A stretch of DNA of 64,000 bases from NCBI RefSeq assembly GCF_001194135.2, contig NC_068990.1, positions 16,072,009 to 16,136,008 on the forward strand, written 5' to 3'. The position numbers and the translations under genes were made by a program. Below, piece by piece: positions 23,266 through 35,934 of this stretch (its first letter is position 1; the number at the start of each line of letters is the position of its first letter). The notes beneath the pieces are model-generated. The model was given only the letters and a program-made list of their open reading frames with translations, had not been told where the DNA came from and made no database searches. The stretch is from Octopus bimaculoides. Lineage: Eukaryota.

Positions 23266-23713
23266 CTGTGTGTGTATATATATATATATATANNNNNNNN
23301 NNNNNNNNNNNNNNNNNNNNNNNNNNNNNNNNNNNNNNNNNNNNNNNNNNNNNNNNNNNNNNNNNNNNNNNNNNNNNNNNNNNNNNNNNNNNNNNNNNNN
23401 NNNNNNNNNNNNNNNNNNNNNNNNNNNNNNNNNNNNNNNNNNNNNNNNNNNNNNNNNNNNNNNNNNNNNNNNNNNNNNNNNNNNNNNNNNNNNNNNNNNN
23501 NNNNNNNNNNNNNNNNNNNNNNNNNNNNNNNNNNNNNNNNNNNNNNNNNNNNNNNNNNNNNNNNNNNNNNNNNNNNNNNNNNNNNNNNNNNNNNNNNNNN
23601 NNNNNNNNNNNNNNNNNNNNNNNNNNNNNNNNNNNNNNNNNNNNNNNNNNNNNNNNNNNNNNNNNNNNNNNNNNNNNNNNNNNNNNNTATATATATATAT
23701 ATATATATGTTTG

Positions 23714-23744
<31 letters not shown>

Positions 23745-23941
23745 GTTTGTATATATATATATATATATATATGTTTGTATATATATGTTTGTATATATAT
23801 ATATATATGTATATAAATATGTATATATACATATATATATGAGGGTGAGTCAAAAAGAAAGTAATGCAGTTTTTATTTGCATTTCTTTTTGATTCAGCCT
23901 TGTATATATATGCATGTATATTTTGTATATGCGTGTGTGTA

Positions 23942-23980
<39 letters not shown>

Positions 23981-24047
23981 GTGTGCATGTGCGCATATAT
24001 ATTGACAGAAAGAATGAACAAGCAAGACATGTGGTATCACTTTAGAG

Positions 24048-24148
24048 TAGGGTTCTCAACCAGGGTCCATATAAGATCTTTGGGGGTCCACCAGAATAAA
24101 ATAGTAATCAAAAGGGTCCATAGATAAAAAAATGGTTGAGAACCCCTG
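24048..24148. mobile_element. 101-bp hAT-Charlie-like MITE with an 8-bp TSD
   Basis: tagggttctcaacc / ggttgagaacccctg; TSD ctttagag at 24040-24047 and 24149-24156. Confidence 0.9.
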
Positions 24149-24478
24149 CTTTAGAGCATGTAATTTGTAATTCAAACATAATTGCAGAGTTGTTAGAGTA
24201 AATAAAGGATTAAAAAATGCATAGAATCTCTTACAGCTATGCATATAGTGCATAGGTCATTGAGCAAAGGTTTCCATATAAACCAACTATACAGTCTTCA
24301 GAGAGGAAGAAGTGAAGAATATCCTCAATGAAAGATATTAGTAGTTCCCAGTTCCATCAACAAAGAATTAAGGAATATCTTTAGTAAAAAAAAAAATATA
24401 CATATATGTGTGTGTGTGTGTGTGTCTATGTGTATATATGTTTATGCATGTTCATATGTTTATATGTATATATACATG

Positions 24479-24515
<37 letters not shown>

Positions 24516-24729
24516 CAAGTTTCTTTCAGTATTCATCTACCAAATCTACTAACAAGGCTTTCATCAATCTGAGGCCATTACAGATGACACTCAACTAGAG
24601 TGCCACACAGTAGGACTGAACCTGAAACCATGTGGTTGGGAAGCAAACTTCTTAACCTCACAGCTATGCTATAATGTACTTCTCACTTTATCTGTTTGTG
24701 TCTCTCTGTCTATATGTGCCTGTGCATGT

Positions 24730-24730
24730 G

Positions 24731-24789
<59 letters not shown>

Positions 24790-24790
24790 T
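24730..24790. repeat. (TATC)n microsatellite
   Basis: Direct reading. Confidence 0.95.
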
Positions 24791-25867
24791 CATACATACA
24801 CACATATGTATGTATAGAGTTTGCCACACAGCCAGATATTTCAACCATACCCCACCCTATTACCATGCCCATCACTGAGTATTATTCCTCTGTACACAAA
24901 TACAAATTCTTCTTATCATTGCTTAGACGATTGTGAACATTTGGTTATTTTTTAAACTTCAGAGAAATCGTTTATCAGTTAATTATTATAATTAATTAAC
25001 TAGGAAATAGGAACGATATCTAGTTTTGCTACTGGGTAGTCTCACAAGGCACGTATATATGTGTATGTATGTAAGTTTGTAAGTGTGTGTGTGTGTGTGT
25101 ATGTATATGTATGTATATATACATGTGTGCATGTATGCTCATATGTATGTATATGTATGTTTGTATGTATATTTGTATGAATGTTTGTGTGAATATGTGT
25201 ATGTAATGTGTGTATATGTATATAACATATGTAATATATGTGTGTAAGTACACACATATGTATAAAGTGCTTCCTTTATGTTATCATGATATCTATGAAG
25301 AAAGAGCCATTGCCTCTAACCAACAGGTTCCCTCTTAATTCAAAATTATGGAAAAGATGGGTGCAGTTTAGTGCAGTTGAAATGAAGCTTGGAGAGAATG
25401 CAGTGCAACGTGCTTTGCAGCTGGATAAAAACTGGTAATTTATTTATAAGTCAATAGGTCTGTCAGTTTGTCTGTGCATCTGTCTATCCATCCATCCATT
25501 CACAACCAATCAAACACCATATCTGCCAGTCACTGGAAGGTGAGGAAGAAATTGATGGAACTGCTAAGAAATTCTTCATTCTCTTATCGACAAATAGAGT
25601 TTTTTTTTTTTTTTTTTTTTACCACAGTAAGCATATCTGCTTGTTTAAGAAGCTTGCTTTGCAACATCATTTTAGGTTCAGTCCCACTGTGTGGAACCTT
25701 ATACTCTAGCTCCAGAATGATCAAAGCCTTGTGAGATAGNNNNNNNNNNGGTTCAGTCCCACTGTGTGGAACCTTATACTCTAGCTCCAGAATGATCAAA
25801 GCCTTGTGAGATAGAGATTTGGTAAACAGTTAGATTTGGTAAACAGAGACTGAAAGAAGCTTGTTGC

Positions 25868-25913
<46 letters not shown>

Positions 25914-25954
25914 GAGTCAAATAAATCAAAATCAAATCACAATCAAATGGAAAT

Positions 25955-26372
25955 TGTAGTTGAGGCTGATACCAGTGCTGGTGGCATGCAATAAGTACCA
26001 TTCAGGCATGGGTTGTTGCCAGAGCCATCTGACTGGCTCCCCGTGATGGTGGCACATAAAAAACATCATTGGAACGTGGTCGATGTTAGCCCCCACCCCT
26101 GCCCTGACTGGCTCCTGTGTCGGTGGCATGTAAAAAGCACCATCCAAACGTGGCTGATGCCAGTGCCACCTGACTGGCTCCCATGCTGGTGGTACGTAAG
26201 AAGCACCCACTACACTCTTGGAGTGGTTGGCGTTAGGAAGGGCATCCAGCTGTAGAAACATTGCCAGATCAGATTGGAGCCTGGCGCAGCCTCCTGACTT
26301 GCCAGTCCACAGTCAAACCGTCCAACTCATGCTAGCATAGAAAACGGATATCAAACGATGATGATGATGATG
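25955..26372 (+). mobile_element. Family D (GAT)n-tailed retro element with internal repeated blocks
   Basis: Three gactggctcc...tggca blocks, then gttggcgttaggaagggcatccagctgtagaaac and a gatgatgatg tail. Confidence 0.8.
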
Positions 26373-26799
26373 TGTGCGTGTGTGTATTTGTGTTTGTTCC
26401 CCCACCAGTTAACAAATACTGTTGGTGTTGTTTATGTCCCTGGCAAATGAGACTGACAAAATTAGTACCAGACTTAAAAAAAGATAAGTACTGAAACAAG
26501 TTAAAGATAAAAGGTTAATGATAATCGAGATAAAACAATTAACTTGCCTGTGAATTGAACCTGAAGTAAGTGGGTCACTAGAATGTGTATTAAAAGAAAG
26601 AAAGAAATGCAAAGAGTTGAATCTCAAAGGGAACATTAAAACCAATGTAGTTACCCTAAGTGATGTTTTGCATGAACAGAAGGAGAGGAATTTAGGCTTT
26701 TGTAAAAATACACTGTATTGGAATATTTAGAGAGAGAGAGGTAGCATGTCTACTATAAGGGAATGTTTTGCATGGTTACGGTTAGGAATTATAATTTAT

Positions 26800-27135
26800 A
26801 TACAGGTAGCGGGGTTCTGAAAGGGGTCTCAGGGAGTAGCATCCTTACCTTTCTGAGCTACTTTTCCACCACATTTCTTAGAAATTGTGTTAAAAGCCTT
26901 GATCTTGGGACCACTCATGTTCAGAGACTAAGGTTGAGGATAAGCAAGGGCATGCTCCCCGATGAAAATCCAGCTCCAAAAAAGCCTCATGATAGCAAAG
27001 GAGAATGGGCACCAGCTAGCCCAAAGGTTGGGGTGGGCTGCACTTGCCTACCTCGGTTGCTATAGCACTGAGGTAGATCTGGCCACCCCTGTTAATGGGA
27101 ACAAAACCCAAATTTGAAACATTGGATGATGATGA
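26800..27135 (+). mobile_element. Separate (GAT)n-tailed interspersed repeat
   Basis: gcaagggcatgctccc...ctagcccaaaggttggggtgggc...gaaacattggatgatgatga; family recognised from recall only. Confidence 0.5.
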
Positions 27136-27139
27136 GGAT

Positions 27140-27425
27140 ACAGAGACTATGATTTAAGGATTGTGTAGAGTTCTTTTTGAAAGCATGTGAAATATGGGAG
27201 GTCAGTTGGGAAAGCAATGCTTGTCATTGTTACCAGTGGAGGAAGCGACAAGTAAAGGAAGGAGTGATTGTTTTTGAAAAAAACATGCATTTTCCAAATG
27301 CAGAGTTTAAGCAAACTGCTCAAAAATACACTGCAGTGAATGGGGGAAGGTTGGTCTGCAATATCTGCAAACATGTATGTTTATTAAGAACTGGACTTTC
27401 CTGTCACCAGTGGAGCCATAAATAC
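27140..27425 (+). pseudogene. RTE-clade LINE C-terminal relic with a C2H2-like end
   Basis: RL*FKDCVEFFLKACEI..WE..A....WR..VKEGV..FE...(E.K...K)...CNICKHVCLLRTGLSCHQWSH matches the RTE ORF terminus pattern. Confidence 0.75.
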
Positions 27426-27737
27426 ATAAATTTGACTGAGTGTACGATTTTCTTAATGATCAGCGATGGTCTTTCTCAGTCACAAGTTGACAGCCATTAT
27501 ATGCATATTTATGCAGATATGTATGCATTTATGTATGTATGTACATACATATGCATGTTTACAAGGTGTTTGGGTCAAATTCAATGATTTTTTTTAGGTC
27601 TCCTTTTTTTCAAGAACAGCTTGATGTATTGGTGGACAGTGGACAATGTTGGAGAGCATAAAGATTAATGTTGTAGTTGAGAAAAAGTCAACTGACATGG
27701 AGGACTGAGAGCCATCTGAATATTGGAAAAGACTTAC

Positions 27738-27954
27738 CTATATCATGTTGATTTGCACTGAGTGTCAAAATGCTGCTCAATGCTCTGTGAACAACGTGAA
27801 GGCTGTAATACATGACATGGACAGCTGCAATGGTGACTACAAAGCTGTGGCCAGCAGGAAGAAACACAGCTGGCATTCTGACTGCATCTGCCTGGCGGAA
27901 TTTATCCTCACATCACTGAACAAGGCCTTGGGCTCAATTCAGATGGTTATGTAC
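27738..27954 (-). other. Candidate exon (217 nt), non-coding or start-codon-containing
   Basis: Acceptor tttctctgtaaatttgtag|G, donor TAG|gtaagt; stops in all frames at the 5' end; ATG at 27876 is open to the donor (phase 1). Confidence 0.25.
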
Positions 27955-28869
27955 CTACAAATTTACAGAGAAACCTAGTAATACTAGATTTTTCAAAGAA
28001 TGAGCAAAAGAAACTGATGTGGATTCTCTAAATCCAATTTATTAGTGGCACAGTGAAGATTTGTAAGACATTCCAAAGATTCTCCATTTGAGATACTTTA
28101 GATGAATAGATGCACACACTTTGGTCTGTGCATTGACAGTTCAACCAACATACCAACTCAACTACATATTTTCAAACCCTGAGAATTCTCTTAACTCAAA
28201 AAGTTTTATTACTTTGTTAGCAACTGGCTTGAACTTTCTTAAGAAGAATCTGAATAAAACTCAAAAGGAAAAACACATACATGGATTGATACACAAATAA
28301 AAGATAAACTTGTTCTGGTGCTGCATAAAATATATGAAACTAGCAGAACAAACATTGGGTAATCTGTAATTATTTTAAACATCCCAAATCTGGTTTTTGT
28401 CTGTGTTTATATATGGCCGAGTGTGCATGGATGTATATGCAAGTGTAGGTTGAGTGTGTATGTGTGTGTTTGTGTATGTATATGTGTATGTGTGTGTATC
28501 TGTGGGAGGGTGCTGGGGGTAGGTATGTTATTATTTGTCTGTGACTGTGTATGGCAAGGTGGGTGTGTGTGTGTGTGGAGGGAGTTGGCAAGGCACATGC
28601 TTACAGCTCTGAGACAATGGCTATTCTAATACAATGTAATAAAATGTGACAACATGGCCTGGGGTGGGCAGGGGCAGGAGACCATAAATTTCCACAGTCA
28701 ACACAACCTTCTCCCCAACCTCCCACCCATGCACCCTGCTTCCACACTGCCTGCCCCTTCCGTTCTCCTCCTCTGCAACAGCGACCTCCCCCCCCCACTG
28801 GTGCCACTGCCACCACGGCTATGACCACAACCACACTTCCAATCCACCTTCTATCTCTCCCTCTACAGC

Positions 28870-29380
28870 ATGCACCTGACTATCATCATCATCCCCATCA
28901 CAATCATCATCACAATTATCCTCCTTATCATCATCATCATCACTACCATCAGTGTTATTAGCAGTACCACAAAGAGTCTGCAGATTTACCACTACCATCA
29001 CAACAACCACCACTAGAACAATCACCACAACCACCACCATAACAACTACCACCAACACCATCACAACCTACACCACCACTGGATAACCACCGCTAGATCA
29101 ACCAATGCTACCACCACCACCACTGGAACAACCACTATAACCAGTAGAACAACCACTACACCACTAGAGCAACCACATCACTGCTAGAACAACCACTACA
29201 ACCACTATGACCACCACAACCAATACCATCGCTACACTCATCATTGAACCACCACCACTAGATCTGCCACCACCCCCACTGCAACTACCACCATTGAACC
29301 ACCACCACTAGATCTGCCACCACCACCACTGCAACTACCACAACCATCATGACCATCACCAACCCCACCATCATATAGAA
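28870..29380. repeat. CAT/ACC-derived low-complexity tract with a 50-bp tandem duplication
   Basis: The cattgaaccaccaccactagatctgcc... unit starts at 29242 and 29292. Confidence 0.85.
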
Positions 29381-29829
29381 CATTTACAATCCAGCAAGAG
29401 AACCTTCTGTATTACTTTAATCTTTCTGCCTCTCCTTCACCTCTCTGACCCCATGACTAACTTTCTCCCTCCCCTTCTTGCTCACCCCTCTCTCTTTCTT
29501 TCTATTTCTCTTTCCTCCTGTTCTTCCCTCAGCAGACATATCTTTCAACAAACTCCCTACCAGCTTAGAAAGAGAAAAAAAATTTGCTATTTTGTTATTT
29601 TATTGTAGGACAGCTATATCCCCTAATAAAGACCAATGGGGTTGGTGGTGGGGACATCTAAAGTGCTGAATGAGCAGAAGTCCTATTAAAACTGGAAGGA
29701 AAGGGTAAGGGAACATATGAGGATGAAAGGAAGGAAGGAAGGAAGGACGGAAGAAAGAAATAACTTATGATTTACTTTGTTTATGATATCAGCAGAAAAT
29801 TCCTTATTTCTATTGATTAATATTAGTAA

Positions 29830-29884
<55 letters not shown>

Positions 29885-29887
<3 letters not shown>

Positions 29888-30105
29888 AAGGTGGTGAGCT
29901 GGCAGATTTGTTAGCACACGGAGCAAAATGCTTAGTGGCATTTTGTCCTATCTTTACATTCTGAGTTCAAATTCTGCTGAAGTCAACTTTGCCTTTCATC
30001 CTTTTGAGGTCAATAAAATAAGTACCAGTTGAACACTGGGGTTGATGTAATTGACTTATCCTCCACCTATGGAATTGCAGGCCTTGTTTCAAATTTTGAA
30101 GCTAT
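29885..30105 (+). mobile_element. SINE family B flanked by (ATT)n on both sides
   Basis: aaggtggtgagctggcagatttgttagcac...ctgagttcaaattc... Confidence 0.85.
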
Positions 30106-30109
30106 TATT

Positions 30110-30595
30110 ATTATTATTATTATTATTGAGTGAGACAGCTGTGCATGTCATCAAAGTGACATAGGGTACAGATATACAAAGCCCAATATACTCGTTATGA
30201 CTACCCATCTGATAAGGGTTCACCAGGCTGATACATCATGACCATATGTGTGCAACATGATGATCTCATATCAAGATAAACAGTGCATGACTTTGCAGGT
30301 GAGACCCAATTAGAATTTTTTTCAGGTTGAGTAGCCCATCCTACTCAGAAGGTCCCCAAGTAAAGGTTGTTTAAGAATGTTGGGCGAAACATCTATGTTT
30401 CCAGAGGTGAATTATTCAAACCCCAAAGAATTCCTCTCAACACATAGTTCTAATGCTTCCCCAATACTCCTGCTCATGATCAGAAATGCACATATCATCA
30501 GTCACTAAAGGACATGCTTAACTGGTTATGGTTTGACAGCTGGCAAAAAAATCTGTGATATTGAGCAGAATATTTTGTGTAGCCCATCTTTTACA
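30110..30595 (-). mobile_element. Interspersed repeat with a (TAA)n tail on the minus strand, class uncertain
   Basis: ccagaggtgaattattcaaaccccaaagaat...gagcagaatatttt; recognised from recall as an abundant octopus repeat. Confidence 0.45.
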
Positions 30596-30947
30596 CTGAA
30601 ACAAAACCTGTTAATGCTTCCAATTAGTTAAGATTAGGAGCCATGAGAACCATTGCTTGGTACTGCATCAGGGCATTTATTATTATTATTATTATCATTC
30701 AGTAGTCTTATTTTTATCACATGCTTCCACTGCACTACTGAGTGCAGTTCCAGAAGTTTATCATTTAAATATATATGATCATGTCTAGATATGTAACTAT
30801 ATGCATGAGAATACATACATACAAACAAAAATACCCTGTTAATGTTGAAATTCCAATGAAAGAGCCTTGGTTCTAGGTTAGAAACCAGTTCTTTTTCTAT
30901 TGGCAAGAAATCTTGAAATAAACTGAATAATGACATACATACATGCA

Positions 30948-30979
<32 letters not shown>

Positions 30980-31424
30980 AGTACATATATGTATGTATTC
31001 CTATATGTTTGTATGAGTGTAAATATGAGCGTTTGGGTCTCCTTTTCTTGGCATTTTGTGATAGTTGTAAACAAGTGTCACTGTCTTACAAGCAATGTTC
31101 TTCATTTCTAGTCTTCCATGAAACATTGAAACATGTCCAATCATGTGAAAGTATTACCTTGCTTAGAAACAAATGAAGATTGGCAACAATGGCACCTGGC
31201 CATTGAAAAACCTGCCATAATAAATTCCATCTGACCCATACAAACATAAAAAATAGATGCTAAAATGATGATGATGATGATGATATGCATATAATTTCTG
31301 TTGTGCATATAGTTTCATCACAATTTTAGTTTTTGTTTCTTGTTTTTGTTTTGCAACACAAAGACACTGCAAGTGAGATAAAAATAGATAAGATAAAGAT
31401 CCTTCCTGAGTCATACAGACTCAA

Positions 31425-31630
31425 GAGTTAGTTTTGCAGTTTCTGTGGTGTATATATCCACAACCCCTGGACTGAATGCCAGACCATTGGTGGATTACTC
31501 ATTTTTCCAGCTGAATGTATTGGAGCAGCATGGAATGAAGCGTTTTGCTCAAGAATACAATGCATCGCCTGGTCCAGGAATTGAAATCACAATCTTACAA
31601 TCATGATTCCAATCACTAAGCCATACACCA
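31425..31630 (-). mobile_element. SINE family C
   Basis: ttttgctcaagaatacaatgcatcgcctggtccaggaattgaa...cactaagccatac. Confidence 0.7.
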
Positions 31631-32564
31631 CATGTGAGAGGTAGCAACTATGTCAGCTAACCCAGTTAAAGCAATTTGAGATGGTTATTTGAGATTGGGT
31701 GTGGAGTTAGGCCGGCTTGAAGGTAAGAGGCCTTTGTCATATTAATGGTCTGCCTCCTAAGCTGGATACTAAAATCCGTGCACAACATGTTACAAACCTT
31801 TCAATTATATGAACAACAGCAAGAATAAAACTAATAATAGCAAGAAAGATAATGCTAATAATAATAATGATGATGATAACGTTAATAATAATAATGATAA
31901 TAATCTGCTTTACATAAAAAAAGAGATAACACAGTAATATTTTCACCAGAAAGTCACCATAACTAAATGGCTTAAGCTTTAAACATTGAGGATAAAATGA
32001 ATAATGACAGAAAAATTAGAAATAAAATAAATGAAATAGAAAATAAAAATTAAAAAAATAAGCATATGCAGCAAAAAAATAGTTAATCGTTTATCATTGT
32101 TTCTCTTAATTAAAGAGGAAAGAAAAATGTTAAAGGAAAAATAATAATAATAAAATAAGTGAAAAGTATATACAAAAGAAAAAAAGCTGCTTGTAGTCAG
32201 TCCATTTTGAGGCGTTGTTGGTTGCTAATAAATCGGTGGAACCGTGAAAAGAGGTGTGGTTAATAGAATCCCATAAAATTAAGGTATGACATCTTGTTTG
32301 GCAAACATGGTAGTTAATGGACTAAGATAATATAATAAAAAATAAGCAGAGGTTTTTCTTGATGTCTTCTTCTTCTCTGCAGCACACAGCATGCAGTAAG
32401 CTTCTTTACTCTCTGCTGTCACTGTGAATGCAACCACACCATGTCAGACCACTGCCTTATACTACACCATACCACCATTATCCCGTTCTCAAAGAACAAT
32501 TGTGTGAGATATTTTATTGTCAACAGTAACAACTTTGTGAAAGAACATGGGATCTTTTATCTTT

Positions 32565-32940
32565 TTCTTGTTTCAGTCATTAGACTGTGGCCATGCTGGG
32601 GTACCACCTTGAAGAATTTTTAGTTGAATGAATCAAATACAGTATTTATTTATTTTAAGCCTGGTACTTATTCTATTGGTCTCTTTTGCCAAACCGCTAA
32701 GTTATGGGTATGTAAATATACTAACACCAGTTGTCAAACAGTGATGGGGAACAAACACACACACATACATATATATACGATGGGCTTCTTTCAGTTTCTG
32801 TTTACTAGATCCACTCACAAGGCTTTTGTTGGTCCGAGGCTATAGTAGAAGACACTTGCCCAAGGTGTCATGAAGTAGGACTGAACCTGAAACCATGTAG
32901 TTGAGAAGCAAACTTCTTATCACAAATCTACACCTACACC
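32565..32940 (-). mobile_element. SINE family A, full length
   Basis: Colinear with 66-421. Confidence 0.85.
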
Positions 32941-33087
32941 TGATTTCTACTACTTTTAATTAAAACATCTCTCTGATACTCAAATCCTGCAATGTTAATT
33001 GCTGTTCAGTAAGCATATATGGGATTGTTCAACATGCTGGAAATAACAGCTAAATCACCATTGAATCACACCCTTTGATCTTAGGTG

Positions 33088-34020
33088 ACAAATTCACAGA
33101 TTTGCTAGAGCATCGAACAGAATGCTACATGGTACTTGTTCCAACTCTCTTTACATTCTGAGTTCAAATCCTACTGGGGTCAACTTTGTCTTTTATTTTT
33201 CTGGGGTCAATAATTTAAGTACTCCTCTTGAATGGTGAATTCACTGAATTGTTAGAGCATTGGATGTGTAGTTTTGTAGTATTTGTTCCAGCTGTCTGCA
33301 TTCTGCGTTCAAATCCCATCATTGTCAACTTTGCCTTTTATCCTTCTGGAGGTCAATAAAATATAGTGGCAGTCCTGGGCAATTGTTTGGGGAATTGTTA
33401 GAGCATTGGATGGGAAGTTTTCTGGTATTTGTTCCAACTCGCTGCTATATGAGTTTAAATCCTGGCTAAGGTCAATTCTGCTTTTATCATTCTGGGATCA
33501 ATAAAATATGTTGGCAGTTCAGGCAAGGGCTGGATTAAACCCCATAGAGGCACTTAAAAGATTTTGGTACCCCCATATATATGAAATTCAAAATGTAAAT
33601 AATAATAAACCATAAAATAAATTTTTATTTTTCAAAATGAAACAAAACTAACATTAAAATGGAAAATAATGTTTATTTTGTATACTTCCACTTTAGTTAT
33701 ATTTGAAAAGTTTTCTCCTACTTTTTTTCATTGCAAAATCTTTGATCCTCACTATGACACCATGAACATTTTGAAATTATATTTCCAATAATACAAACCA
33801 CTTTGGATATTATTTTAGCTGGGTTAAAGTGATTTCTTTTGTGCTGTAAACCATTTACTATTTCTGTGGTGTGCCCCCTCTTCCCTTCAAGCCTTAAGAA
33901 CATACTTATTTTGCTTAATAGTTAATTCAGTGCTGAGTCTAGGGCAGTGGATTAGGGAATTGTTTGAGCATCAAACATGATGACTTGTGGTAGTTGTTTC
34001 CATCTCATTGCATTCTGAAT
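33088..34020 (+). repeat. Tandem array of ~140-bp SINE-B head units (4 copies) interrupted by a hAT MITE
   Basis: Repeated gaattgttagagcattgga...tatttgttcca...gttcaaatcc...gtcaataaaata units. Confidence 0.75.
33524..33935. mobile_element. Second copy of the 426-bp hAT-like MITE family
   Basis: gggctggattaa / ttaattcagtgctg; interior matches 11756-12181; degenerate TSD agttcagg/agtctagg. Confidence 0.8.
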
Positions 34021-35274
34021 TCTTGAGTTGGGGATTAAATTCAACATCTGATTGAAGACCACTGTCTTGTCCCTTGGTTGTCTGGAGTGGAATTCTCTCT
34101 GTTGCAAGTATTCAGACCAAATCTTTGGTTTGAGGGTATATTTCTACCTTTTAGCCATTAACCTCAGATGGAGCTCTTGAGAAAACAGAGGATCATGGGT
34201 ACTGATTTTCTCTCTCTAACTAAAAATGAAACAAAATATTAACTCCAATTAATAGGTAATCAATGACAGCATATAATGTATGAAGACTTTAAGGAGTTAA
34301 TTTAAAATAACTTTGTTGTGAGAGAAAAACATTTGTTTGTCAATGACTCTAATATTTTAATTTGTCAGCAAATACTTTTCTATTCTAGGCACAAGGCCCA
34401 TTTGTCAGCAAATACAAGAGAAGTGTTAAGTCTTTTTACTGCTCCATGCACTGAATGTGTTATATATTGTTTGAATTAAAGAAACAATGTATATATAATA
34501 TTTATGTGTAATGGTGCTCACTGTGATATTTTGTGTCAGGAGAACTTCCCTTAAGAGACTTTGTGTGTTAAAAAACACAGAGATCACCCAGAATGGTGTC
34601 AATGGATCATCAGACACTAGGTTTTGACTTAATTTGGTACCCTCAGTGATGAACACCCTCAGACATTCTGAGCTAAAGCAGAAGCATCATTCCTATACAG
34701 AAATCAGTGAATGGAATGTTCCCCAATTTATGTGGAATCTAGCCAGGCTTAAATCAAATAAATATACAGAATGAAATGGCATAACATTGAAATAACAATA
34801 TAACATAGTCTATATACAAACAATGAATGTTGCTAGCTGTAACAGTTTGTCTCACAGAAACTTATCTTTAGATACTTTCTGTGTTAAAAACTCTTACCAT
34901 CATTATCAGTTAACGTCTGTTTCCCATGGTGGCAAGGGTTAGAATAGTTTGACAGGAGCTGGCAAGGAAAACAACTGTATCATGCTTCAATGTCTGCTTT
35001 GGTATGCTTTCTATAGCCTGACACCCATCCTCATACCAATGCCTTTCCTAATGTCATAGAAATGAAAATAGATTATACACTGGCTGATATCATTTTTTTC
35101 TTTTCTCACACCATATTTTTTGCAACTTGGCTATTTTCTTTACAACACCCTCGTCCGTTAGATATATAAACTCTAACTTATTGACTTTCATGTGGCTGCC
35201 ATTTTTGAATTATTTAGAAGGCATAACATTTTGTTCATAAATTACTTTGTTAAAAGAAAAAAAAAAAAAAATCA

Positions 35275-35720
35275 GTAGGTACAGACACGGATGTGGCTGC
35301 TAAGAAACTTACTTTGCAAGCAAACGATTTCAGGTTCAGTTCTCACTGCACAGCACTTTAGGCAAGTGTCTTCTACTATAACCCTGGCCAGACCAATGCT
35401 TTGTAGGTGAATTTGCTCAACAAAAACAATGTGGGATTCTGTTGTGTGTGTTGTGTAGGTGTGTGTGTGTGTGCTTGCAGGTGCATGTGTGTGTGTATAT
35501 GTGTATATGTATGTACGTGTTGCTGTGCTTATGCCCCCCCCCCACCCCACTGCTTGTCAACTGGTGTTGGTTTGTTTACATCTCAGTAAAACTGCTAACA
35601 CTGATAGGAAAAAGCAAAAGAGACTGATAGAATAATTTTTTAAAAAGTACTGGGATTGATTTATTTGACTAAACCCTTCAAGGTAACAATCCAGTGACTG
35701 AAACAAGTAAAAGATAAAAG
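35275..35720 (+). mobile_element. SINE family A, full length
   Basis: Head and tail match the other A copies. Confidence 0.8.
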
Positions 35721-35934
35721 ATCATTGAATGATCAAAGCAAATACTTCATTTAATTGTTTTAACAATATTTGCTTTAATAATTAAAAAAAGAAGGTGAGT
35801 GAAACTTGTTAATTACCAGCTGAGTGAGATTTAAGCATGTATAGAATGTAAATACAGACAGGTCGACTGCCTGATGTCTTTGACCATCATGACCACAGTC
35901 GTATGTAAATATTCCAGGTTTCAGACAAACTCAC

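Noticed and set aside
25675-25814. 65-bp direct repeat inside a SINE-A head
   Set aside because: Same 10-N gap pattern; likely an assembly artefact.
27745-27978. Plus-strand Cys-rich ORF (MLICTECQ...)
   Set aside because: No plus-strand splice context or recognisable domain; the splice signals are on the minus strand.
31730-31810. INGLPPKLDTKIRAQ, gag-like wording
   Set aside because: Too short; no LTR or other gag/pol evidence.
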